64,000 nucleotides of DNA from an uncultured Candidatus Saccharibacteria bacterium (lineage in GTDB: Bacteria > Patescibacteriota > Saccharimonadia > Saccharimonadales > Saccharimonadaceae): assembly GCA_948514425.1 (NCBI GenBank), contig CAOQYN010000001.1, positions 26,605 through 90,604 of the forward strand. The letters are read 5' to 3'. Shown here one piece after another: positions 31,588 to 40,141 of this stretch. Every line of letters begins with the position of its first letter. The stretch's first letter is position 1. The notes beneath the pieces were generated by a model, which was not told the DNA's origin, did no database searches, and saw only the letters and a program-made list of their open reading frames with translations. Both the position numbers and the translations under genes were made by a program.

Positions 31588-33104
31588 AATATCTCAAACG
31601 CTTTCTTCTGGGTTTAGTATACCTTCTTCCTGCCACCCTTTACTGTAGCTACTATCCGATTATCAGGCTTGGTGAGACCAGTTCCATGAATCTTGAACTC
31701 TCTCTACCTTTGATTTGGCTCGTACTCTTCGACACCTTAGCGTTCATTTACCTGATTCGAATCACGCCGCGCAGGCGCCTACCAGGCATCACGGATCGTC
31801 GTTTTTTTCTTTTCTCCCTCTTTCCGTTTTTCGCCACTCTTTCAATTTTCTGGTCAGCAAACCCCACTCGCGCTCTCCTTACAGCCGGTATTATTTGGCT
31901 CGTCTTTTTTGCAATTTTTGCCCTAATTTACGTCCTCCCGTTATTAAAACTTCCCGCTAATTTCCAACGCAACTGCCTACGCGGACTCTTCATCTCGACC
32001 ATCGTCATCTGTCTTGTTTGCTGGATACAATGCTTTCTCGATCTTGCTGGTCTTAGCCGCGACACGACACTCATGTGTCGCGGCTGTACTTACCTCTCCT
32101 TTGGCTTTCCGCACCCATCTGGTTTTGCCATCGAGCCACAGTTCATGGGCAACCTTCTTCTTGCTCCCACCTTGACTGCTCTATATTTGTTTATTTTTCA
32201 GCCCAACAAAAAGCGGAACGAACGCCAGCTACTGCTCATATTCGCTTGCCTTTTTTCTGCCACTCTTTTTTTAACCTTTTCTCGTGGCGCCATTTATGCC
32301 TACGCCGTCGCTCTTATTGTCATGATTATCTTCGCCTTTCATCGCCAGTCTTTCCGCGCCAGCCTCATTCTTATACCGTGCGCAACCTTTGTCTTTTCGG
32401 TTGCAGCCCAAGGAATCTTCACCGTTGTCGGTCCCATTCACGGCAGCTTTATTGATGGCGTATCGCGCTCCATCCACCAGCTTTCACTCGGGATTATTGA
32501 TTTTCGACCTCAGTCCTTACCCACCTCGTCCATTGTGGAAAACTCCGAACAACCAGTGGATAACTCATCAAATAATGTGCAAAACTCTGAGGAAAATTCT
32601 GGGGAAAACCCCGCCCAAACATCTAATCTCACCCCAATCATCAACGAATCACCCGCTTTCGACGGCTACGTTGCTGAATCCACCAATACCCGCCTCAACC
32701 TCAATACTGCCGCCCTCAACACTTGGCTCTCCCAGCCTAATACGCTCTTTTTCGGTGTTGGTCTCGGTGGCGCTGGCACGGCAATGTATCGCAATTCCTC
32801 TATCACGCACATCAGTTCTGCTAAAGAAATAGTTCAACATCAGGGAATTAGCCTTCTGCTCGAGCTCGGCCTTATCGGTATCGCCTTAATCCTCCTCAGT
32901 TTTTACCTCGCCTTTCTTTCTTCTGCTGCCCGCCATAATTTTTGGCATCATCCTGCCCTCCCGCTTTTGCTCGCCTTAATTATTGCCTACCTCGTCACGC
33001 TTAATTTCTTTTCTGGCCTTCCGAATGCCCTCCAGATTTATCTCATGCCTTCCCTGTTATACCTCATATTTAGAAAAACTATTGCGCTTCACGCGAATGA
33101 GTGA
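31584..33104 (+). CDS. O-antigen ligase/polymerase family protein
   Basis: EPQFMG, LTFSRGA, FGVGLGG, LLELGLIG; multiple TM helices. Confidence 0.85.
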   Translation: MKYLKRFLLGLVYLLPATLYCSYYPIIRLGETSSMNLELSLPLIWLVLFDTLAFIYLIRITPRRRLPGITDRRFFLFSLFPFFATLSIFWSANPTRALLTAGIIWLVFFAIFALIYVLPLLKLPANFQRNCLRGLFISTIVICLVCWIQCFLDLAGLSRDTTLMCRGCTYLSFGFPHPSGFAIEPQFMGNLLLAPTLTALYLFIFQPNKKRNERQLLLIFACLFSATLFLTFSRGAIYAYAVALIVMIIFAFHRQSFRASLILIPCATFVFSVAAQGIFTVVGPIHGSFIDGVSRSIHQLSLGIIDFRPQSLPTSSIVENSEQPVDNSSNNVQNSEENSGENPAQTSNLTPIINESPAFDGYVAESTNTRLNLNTAALNTWLSQPNTLFFGVGLGGAGTAMYRNSSITHISSAKEIVQHQGISLLLELGLIGIALILLSFYLAFLSSAARHNFWHHPALPLLLALIIAYLVTLNFFSGLPNALQIYLMPSLLYLIFRKTIALHANE

Positions 33105-33120
33105 TACAATAAAGGTACGT

Positions 33121-33197
33121 CGCGGGATAGAGCAGCCTGGTAGCTCGTTTGGCTCATAACCAAAAGGTCGTTGGTTCAAATCCAACTCCCGCAACCA
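33121..33197 (+). tRNA. tRNA-fMet (CAT), initiator
   Basis: CGCGGGATAGAGCAGCCTGGTAGCTCG...CTCATAA...GGTTCAAATCC...GCAACCA; C1:A72 mismatch. Confidence 0.96.
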
Positions 33198-33522
33198 AAA
33201 TGGCGTACGTACTGCCCCCCCAGTTGCGTGCGCCATTTTGGTTCCACTTTGTCTTTACGGCGCCTGCCGTTTTTTGTTAATTTTATAGTAGAGTTCCAAA
33301 CCGAACACCATCCCATTTCTTTTCCACACCTGTCCAAAACTACCCCATTGACACTTACAAAAAATATTTTATCCAATAACTTGCCGAACCACCCATAATT
33401 ATACATAATAAGCATTGACATTTTACATAATCTATGATACAATGGAGGTATAAGGACATGAGGGGAGTACTTAGGCAAATTAAGAGTTAGATAGCCTTTT
33501 ACCCCCTCCAAAAAAGGAGGAA

Positions 33523-34344
33523 ATGAATATGGAAACGAAAAAAATTGTAGCCGCGATTGCGGCAACATTGGCGGCATCCTTGATTTGTGTTAAGTTTGGT
33601 TTCGACCTCGGCACAAAACAGGTGGAACGAGCGGAGCAAGCGTCTTACTCACTGAGTAAGTATTCCGACAAATCGGAATACAATACTCATGATGAACTAG
33701 ACTTGGTCAATCCATCTTCCCCTGGAATTTATACTGCCGAATCGTTCGTCAGTACAGGAGAAAGAATCTCCGTGGCAGACGAGTATGGCTGGCTATTGAT
33801 ACCCGCCGCGTCACTCAATGCAGGAGGCACAGCTATAAAAGCTGACCTCTCTACAGATGCGGAGTGGGAAGCAGCAACTAGCTACAGTGCAAAGCTCGAC
33901 CTACCAGACGAAGTTTTCGTCAGTGACGCAAACTGTTGCGCCAGGGTCTATTACCCGACGACTCTGAAATCTGGCGAGACTGGAACGATCGTTGTGCTTT
34001 TATCGTCAGACAACGGCTATGTTTACTGTGACTACTGTCAGTTTACGGCCACTGACGATTTGGAGATCGTCTACGGCGATAGCGATCCAGACGTGGCAAG
34101 CGGTGGGGAGATCAATACTGACGCAGATCAGTTGAGTATTAACTTTTATACTGCCGCTACACCGCAGCACTACAAACACCGTAATGGCCACGTTTACCAG
34201 TCTGGATACCACGGCTCTTTGCGTGTGGGTTTTATCAACATCGATGCTCTCGGTGTCAATCCCGACACCGATCTTGACGATGTTATCCCTGCAGACCTGT
34301 CGTCCGATAGTGATAGCGACATCAACCCGTCCTTGGATGACTAA
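33523..34344 (+). CDS. Hypothetical exported acidic protein
   Basis: AGGAGG SD, N-terminal hydrophobic helix, Asp-rich tail, own promoter. Confidence 0.8.
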   Translation: MNMETKKIVAAIAATLAASLICVKFGFDLGTKQVERAEQASYSLSKYSDKSEYNTHDELDLVNPSSPGIYTAESFVSTGERISVADEYGWLLIPAASLNAGGTAIKADLSTDAEWEAATSYSAKLDLPDEVFVSDANCCARVYYPTTLKSGETGTIVVLLSSDNGYVYCDYCQFTATDDLEIVYGDSDPDVASGGEINTDADQLSINFYTAATPQHYKHRNGHVYQSGYHGSLRVGFINIDALGVNPDTDLDDVIPADLSSDSDSDINPSLDD

Positions 34345-34422
34345 CATCCCAGATGATCTCGTGGCGCCAGATACAGACGTCGCGTAGTCACATATCACAT
34401 CACAGAAAGGAGGCTATCTCAA

Positions 34423-34449
34423 AAAGCGGTCACTTAGTGACCGCTTTTC
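34423..34449. terminator. Bidirectional intrinsic terminator
   Basis: AAAAGCGGTCAC-TTA-GTGACCGCTTTT between convergent genes. Confidence 0.8.
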
Positions 34450-34462
34450 CTATATTATGATC

Positions 34463-35596
34463 CTATTCTTCGCTATCCTCTTCCGTCTCGTCATTCTCAC
34501 TCAGCGCATTGAGCAGGGAATCTTCCGCATTCTTCCGCTTCTTCTTTTCTGGTGCTTTTGCTAGCTCAATATCAAGATCGTATCCCGTCAACTTCGATGC
34601 CAGCCGTACATTTTGCCCCTGACGACCAATTGCGATTGACTGCTGATCTTCAGTCACAAAAACTTTCGCTTTTTTACCATCAATCTCGACTTTCATAATC
34701 TCCGCTGGGCTCAAAGCCTCACGGATATATTCTGACGGATTTTCGCTCCAGTTGATGATATCAATCTTCTCGCGGTCGCCAATCTCGTTCATAATTGCCT
34801 GCACCCGAATTCCGCGTCCACCGACAAAAGTACCCACTGGATCCACTCCTGGCACAGTCGACATGACGGCGATCTTCGTCCGTCGGCCCGCTTCACGTGC
34901 AATTCCGCGAATCTCTACTGATCCATTCTCAAGCTCTGGTACTTCTTGACGGAACAAATATTCAATAAACTCTGCGTTTCCGCGCGATAGAATCAACTGT
35001 GCTCGCGCATCATCATGCTCCACGCCTTTGATGTAGACTTTCAGCCTTTCGCCCACTGTATAATACTCACCGTCAATCTGTTCGCTACGTGGCATGATCC
35101 CCGTTGCTTTTCCCAGATCAATTCGCACTACCCGTGGCTCTACTCGTGCTACCACCCCAGTCATGACGGTGCCAATCTTATCCTCAAACTCCGACAATAC
35201 CGCATCACGCTCGGCCTCACGCAGCCTCTGTACCACGACTTGCTTTGCCGTCATCGCTGCTACGCGTCCAAAATCCTTAACTTCTTCTTTCTCTTCGACC
35301 AAGTCACCAATTTCCGCATCAGCTTTGAGTTTTTTCGCCTCAGCTAGCGGAATTTCAGTTGCTGGGTTGTAGGCAACATCATCTTCGATTACTTCGCGTT
35401 CGATATATACTACGGCTTCGCCAGTTTTTGTATTCAGCATTGCGCGTACGTTCATGTCTTTGTCGCCATTATCTTTGCGCCACGCTGCTGCAATCGCCAT
35501 CTGCACTACATCCAAAACCGCCTCTTCTGGCAAACCTTTTTCTTCTGCAATCACGCCCACCATCGCACTTAATTGTTTGAGGTCTAAGCCTTCCAT
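34463..35596 (-). CDS. nusA: Transcription factor NusA
   Basis: FGRVAAMTAKQV, EVPE, AREAGRRTKIAV, AIGRQGQNVRLA. Confidence 0.98.
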   Translation of the reverse strand: MEGLDLKQLSAMVGVIAEEKGLPEEAVLDVVQMAIAAAWRKDNGDKDMNVRAMLNTKTGEAVVYIEREVIEDDVAYNPATEIPLAEAKKLKADAEIGDLVEEKEEVKDFGRVAAMTAKQVVVQRLREAERDAVLSEFEDKIGTVMTGVVARVEPRVVRIDLGKATGIMPRSEQIDGEYYTVGERLKVYIKGVEHDDARAQLILSRGNAEFIEYLFRQEVPELENGSVEIRGIAREAGRRTKIAVMSTVPGVDPVGTFVGGRGIRVQAIMNEIGDREKIDIINWSENPSEYIREALSPAEIMKVEIDGKKAKVFVTEDQQSIAIGRQGQNVRLASKLTGYDLDIELAKAPEKKKRKNAEDSLLNALSENDETEEDSEE

Positions 35597-35764
35597 TCTA
35601 CTCCTTTCAATAAAAATCCGCCCCTTTTCGGGTCGGTCAATATCAGTATATTACTATTTTAGCGCAAAACTTTCCAGTGTCAAGTCAAAGCGAGTTTATT
35701 ATCGTATACTCTAAAACTGTTAGTATAAAATACGGAATACTTGTTTTCTTGATATAATAGCAGC

Positions 35765-36157
35765 ATGGCAAAACCCGTTAAAGCCCAAATCATTATCCCC
35801 GCTGGCACACATCCGTGGTCGCACGAGCTTCGTGTTGCCAATATTCTAGCAATGGCTGGACATGTGGTGGAATTCTTGCCGCCCGCAAAAATCAAAAGAG
35901 CAGACATTAAACTTGATAATACGGAATTTGAAATCAAATCTCCAATCACTAACAATCCTAAAAAGATTATTCGCAACGTCAAACGCGCCCTGGAACAATC
36001 ACCGAATGTAATAATTGATTCAGCAAGGATTAAAGGAATGCGGGATGATACTCTTCGCAAATTACTCGTAAGCCGAGCTAAAGACCAAAAGACCCTGAAG
36101 CGGCTTTTGCTCATAACGAGACGTGGTCAGATCATTGACATCATGGCTCTTACCTGA
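35765..36157 (+). CDS. Stand-alone CdiA C-terminal-like PD-(D/E)xK nuclease
   Basis: HE..VA..L, RADIKLDNTEFEIKSP (D...EIK), A.EQSPNVIID. Family assignment is by motif recognition only. Confidence 0.7.
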   Translation: MAKPVKAQIIIPAGTHPWSHELRVANILAMAGHVVEFLPPAKIKRADIKLDNTEFEIKSPITNNPKKIIRNVKRALEQSPNVIIDSARIKGMRDDTLRKLLVSRAKDQKTLKRLLLITRRGQIIDIMALT

Positions 36158-36169
36158 TAAACTAAAGTT

Positions 36170-36218
36170 ATCGAAGTTCTGCACGGGGTGTAATGCTCCT
36201 ACCGCAGAGCTTCTTTTT
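36170..36218 (+). ncRNA. Candidate ~50-nt hairpin small RNA
   Basis: TTGACA (36135-40), N17, TAAACT (36158-63) promoter; stem GAAGTTCTGC/GCAGAGCTTC followed by T5. Confidence 0.55.
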
Positions 36219-36233
36219 GGTAATGAACTGCTA

Positions 36234-36256
36234 AAGACCCCACTTGGTGGGGTCTT
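36234..36256 (-). terminator. Intrinsic terminator of the convergent minus-strand gene
   Basis: AAGACCCCAC-TTG-GTGGGGTCTT. Confidence 0.7.
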
Positions 36257-36269
36257 CTAAAATTCAGTA

Positions 36270-37280
36270 TTATCCCTTTGGCCGTATGATTATCTCATAC
36301 TCTTTACCGCCCAGACAGATCTGACATTCCACTGGTTGATTACGGGTTGCCTTCTGCATCCTTGCCGTCAGGTTTTCCAACCGCAATTTTTCTTCTGCTG
36401 TTGCCTCCTGCTCAATTCTCTCTATGAGAGAATTGAGATTGACGGTTTTTGTGACTTCAAGTTCATGATATGTCGCCAAAAACTCCTCAATCTCAATCTG
36501 TTCTTTATATGCAAACAACATAGACGCCCAGTTGCCTTTATAGCCTAAGATACTTTGCATAGTTCTGGCGCATGGCGTACCAATCGTCTTCACGCATCTA
36601 TCGATCTGTGCTTTTGAAGGTAACTTGTCTGAGTCTAAATTCAGATGTTTCTGTACCCGTATTAGGCCCTGTAGGCAATCCGCCTTGCTGTAAGTAAATC
36701 TACGCTCTGCCTTAGTAGTCGCATCCCGAGATATACTTCGAGCATCAAGTTCTGCTTCCAGCTCTTGTAGGATTTGCGACCGCTCCTCTGGGTGTACTGC
36801 CGTGTAGCGAGTCATACAATGCGTCCAAACCTTTTTATTCACTAGACGCCGTTGATATGCAGATGCTCTTGGGATCGATAGTTCTACAGCGTGCATCCTG
36901 ATCTCATCATAGGTCGGTAAACGCTCTATCCCGAGAAATTCTTGCAGCTTTATGGTGCCGAGCAGGAAATCCTCTAACGAATAAGACTTATTCGTGATAT
37001 TTACCCCTCGCTGCTGCCAATTACACTGTCGTGTTTTCATTGCGGCTTTTTCGTGGATTTCATAAACTTTTGTTAGTCTATTCTCCACTATCGCCCAAGT
37101 TCCGAACTCTTCTAAAATCTGCTTGTATTCGTCTGGCCAACGCCGCTTAAGTGCGATCGGGCTCGGCATTTTGCCTTCCTTATCCCAAATCCTTATCAAC
37201 CATGACAGCCATTTTTTCTCTCTCAACACCTTGTCACGCTGAGTTTCTTGGTCTGTCGTTGTCTTTATTGCTGTCTGCAT
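36270..37280 (-). CDS. Hypothetical protein with homing-endonuclease-associated helical repeats
   Basis: Repeats YSLEDFL..LG..LPT..P.AS.YQRRL..W and YSKADCL..L..LPS..P.ARTM..LG..W. SD (GGAAGGGG) before ATG 37280. Confidence 0.65.
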   Translation of the reverse strand: MQTAIKTTTDQETQRDKVLREKKWLSWLIRIWDKEGKMPSPIALKRRWPDEYKQILEEFGTWAIVENRLTKVYEIHEKAAMKTRQCNWQQRGVNITNKSYSLEDFLLGTIKLQEFLGIERLPTYDEIRMHAVELSIPRASAYQRRLVNKKVWTHCMTRYTAVHPEERSQILQELEAELDARSISRDATTKAERRFTYSKADCLQGLIRVQKHLNLDSDKLPSKAQIDRCVKTIGTPCARTMQSILGYKGNWASMLFAYKEQIEIEEFLATYHELEVTKTVNLNSLIERIEQEATAEEKLRLENLTARMQKATRNQPVECQICLGGKEYEIIIRPKG

Positions 37281-37523
37281 TTTACCACCCCTTCCTTTTT
37301 TGTGCAGACTTAAATTATATTGTTTCAATGAAGTAGGATAATACTGTCAAAGTACATCCCCCATCTCCTAATTATAGCACACATTATCAATAAAGTCAAT
37401 AGCATCAGCCTAAATCTCCATAGTCTTCCAGAGCTTTATACCCATGCGGTATTTTTTCTCTATTTAATCTCATGAAAAAGGGTCGTTCCGCCTCTGCAGT
37501 ACGACCCAAAACGTCAAAATTGA

Positions 37524-38090
37524 TTACAGCCCCCACGCCTGAATATCCTCCAGCGCCACTTCCTTTGCAGAAATGATCATCCTCGGCAGGTCATAATTAT
37601 ATCCTTCCGTGTAGATACCTACCGTTTTTACCTCAAAGAAACGCTCTTCTTTATCGGCTTCAGACATTAATTTTATTAAGTCCGCGCGAACAAGGTAGGT
37701 CGCGGTGTAACCATTCTCTACGCCACTCGGCAATACGCCTACCGCGCTAACTATACCGTAGGTAGAACCTGGCAGTTCTTCACACTGGGATATACGAAGG
37801 TAGGCTGTGTAAACCTGCTTTTCAGGCGTCATTACTACGGTAATTTTCTCCGGCGCCACAGGCTCATCCGGAGGCACATCCGCACTTTCTTTCGCCACTA
37901 CGGGCTCGTCTTGAAGTACCGGATCTTCCTCCATTGCATTCTCTTCCGTCTCCTTTCTTTCCTCCATCCTCTCAGGAGGCTGAGACTGTGAACTCAAAGA
38001 GTCCGCATCCTGAGCGTTAGACTTACACCCAGCCAAACACGCCATAACCGCCGCTAATACTGCCAATAATACCTTCACTTTCATTTTCAT
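37524..38090 (-). CDS. Putative lipoprotein
   Basis: Lipobox LAGC after a hydrophobic signal; AGGAGG SD. Confidence 0.8.
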   Translation of the reverse strand: MKMKVKVLLAVLAAVMACLAGCKSNAQDADSLSSQSQPPERMEERKETEENAMEEDPVLQDEPVVAKESADVPPDEPVAPEKITVVMTPEKQVYTAYLRISQCEELPGSTYGIVSAVGVLPSGVENGYTATYLVRADLIKLMSEADKEERFFEVKTVGIYTEGYNYDLPRMIISAKEVALEDIQAWGL

Positions 38091-38496
38091 TCCTCCTAAA
38101 TTTCGTGTTGTAGAGGAATGACGTCATTCCTCCCTAACTACTATCGTGTTACGCACCATACATAGATAGGGAAGAACGACTAGGGAACTTGTAACCATTT
38201 TGCCCATGTACCAGGCCTTCGCCTACTCATTACAATATAGTACATAAAAGTAAAAATGTCAATAGTAAAACGATATATTTAATCATATCGCAAAGCAACC
38301 CCCATAGTTAGATTGACAATTCCGTATGTCTATAATACTGTTAAAGAGGTTCTCATGGAGAGCTGAGTTTTGATAAGATTTTATCAAGCAACGAGATCCT
38401 GTCAAAACCAAGCACATTAACAGATAAAAGATGACAAAATCTTCTAATGTGTTGGACTATATTTTGGCAAAACGCCATAGAAAGGGGGACTATAGA

Positions 38497-39123
38497 ATGT
38501 CCAAAATAATTATTCCAGAAAGTTGTTATCCAGAGGTCGCTGTCACTGTTACGAGGTGGGTGGATACCTATTTCGGACCCACGCTATCTTACGACGACTC
38601 CCTGCAGGCAAGCATCAATCAATGGGGATTGCCTTGGTTTCGAGCTGGTGCCATTGTCCGCAATGCAGAAGGAAAGATTCTCATGATGCATGAAGGACGC
38701 GTGCAAATCAAGAAGATTAAAGACGAAGTTCTGAAGAATCAGTTGCTTTCCGCAGGTCGCAAACCAAGCGAGTGGGTAGATGGTGATGGTGGCTGGAATC
38801 TACCATCTGGAAGATTGAAACCTGGAGAAAGCTTCGAGGATGGTGTACAGCGTGAAATTAAAGAAGAGAGTGGCTGGGATATAGCCATCAAAGATTGCCT
38901 TCACATCAGACAGAGCAATAAACCAAGCAATATGTATATATTGCCAGTGTATCTCGCTGAAGCCATTGCTGGACCAGAGCGGTACAAGACTGCTGAAACT
39001 TCTGAAATTGGTTGGTTCTTGGAGTCAGAAATCCTTGGTATGTGCGATAAAGGTCTTTTACGCAGTCCAGAATTTGTGACTGAGAGCATTAATTCCTATA
39101 AGGGGTATTTAGAGGCTCATTGA
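38497..39123 (+). CDS. NUDIX hydrolase
   Basis: WNLPSGRLKPGESFEDGVQREIKEESG Nudix box; SD GGGGG before ATG 38497. Confidence 0.9.
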   Translation: MSKIIIPESCYPEVAVTVTRWVDTYFGPTLSYDDSLQASINQWGLPWFRAGAIVRNAEGKILMMHEGRVQIKKIKDEVLKNQLLSAGRKPSEWVDGDGGWNLPSGRLKPGESFEDGVQREIKEESGWDIAIKDCLHIRQSNKPSNMYILPVYLAEAIAGPERYKTAETSEIGWFLESEILGMCDKGLLRSPEFVTESINSYKGYLEAH

Positions 39124-39214
39124 TCATCTCATATCTGCGCATTCGAATGCGGTCTAATCTATCAGATTAGACCGCATATTTTATTGCAATACCCACACAA
39201 GAGGAGGTGAGAAA

Positions 39215-39808
39215 TTGGGTATTATTCAGTACTTTTATAACAAAATATGCGCCCGTATCAAGGCACCCAAGATTATTGCAGATCGCAGTGAGCTTTTTCG
39301 ACTCGAAGTCACCAAAGTTCACCGCAAACGTTGGGGTGATTCGTGGTATCGTGCTGGCGTCGTTGTTACAAACGACAAAGGAGAATTTCTACTCGTTGAA
39401 GAACTTCGCACGCGAAGGAACGGTGTTTGGTATGACAGCCAGGACATGTGGAACATTCCCGCTGGCAGTTGCCGCGAAGACGAGCAATTTGTCGATGCTG
39501 CAGTTCGCGAGGCACATGAAGAGCTAGGTCGTGGTGTTAAACTAGAAGGGATTTGTGCCATCAAACACGGCAAACACAACGACGACCCCTGTCTGCTTGT
39601 GGTCTTCGCCGCTGAACTCACTAATGAAGTTTTCGAGTTCGATCATCAAGAAATCAAATCTCAACATTGGTTCTCCGAGAGAAAGATCTATGATCTACAT
39701 CGGCAAGGTAAATTACGCAGCCCCGATCTCGTACTCCAAACCATTATAAATTACAAACGGGGCCTCATTATGCCACTTGAAATTATCAACGAATCATATA
39801 GTGGTTAA
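39215..39808 (+). CDS. NUDIX hydrolase (paralog of the upstream gene)
   Basis: WNIPAGSCREDEQFVDAAVREAHEELG; shared W.RAG.VV.N..G and LRSP motifs; SD GAGGAGGTG with TTG start. Confidence 0.9.
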   Translation: MGIIQYFYNKICARIKAPKIIADRSELFRLEVTKVHRKRWGDSWYRAGVVVTNDKGEFLLVEELRTRRNGVWYDSQDMWNIPAGSCREDEQFVDAAVREAHEELGRGVKLEGICAIKHGKHNDDPCLLVVFAAELTNEVFEFDHQEIKSQHWFSERKIYDLHRQGKLRSPDLVLQTIINYKRGLIMPLEIINESYSG

Positions 39809-39855
39809 TAGTTCTACTCAAACCCTCAGCCAAGATGCTGAGGGGTTTATTTATT

Positions 39856-39928
39856 TTAGCACTATTGACACACGAGTGCTAATTTGCTATTATTAAAGTA
39901 ATTAGCAGTCTTGACAACCGACTGCTAA
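39856..39928 (+). promoter_or_regulatory. Two tandem CIRCE (HrcA operator) elements at the dnaK promoter
   Basis: TTAGCACTA-TTGACACAC-GAGTGCTAA (39856-82) and TTAGCAGTC-TTGACAACC-GACTGCTAA (39902-28). Confidence 0.92.
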
Positions 39929-40141
39929 TGATATAACCTAGAAATAGAATTATTTTGTTTAAAAACACTCGATTCGAGCCAAAAGTAAGTTTTAAGAATT
40001 TTCGAAGACAATAAGAGCGCGAGCACACGCGCAGCGCAGAATGAGCGCCTCGTGTGGACGGGCGCGCGAATGGTTGGCTTAGAGAATACTTAAAACTTAC
40101 TTCTATCTCTCGTCTCGTGTTTATTAAAGAAAGGAAATTAT

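Noticed and set aside
33193..33244. Long inverted repeat after tRNA-fMet as an att site or ncRNA
   Set aside because: Best explained as the tRNA terminator hairpin; no duplicate tRNA end or integrase nearby.
34342..34387. Out-of-frame continuation NIPDDLVAPDTDVA resembling the Asp-rich tail of the 33523 gene
   Set aside because: It would add only ~14 low-complexity residues; too weak to call a frameshift.
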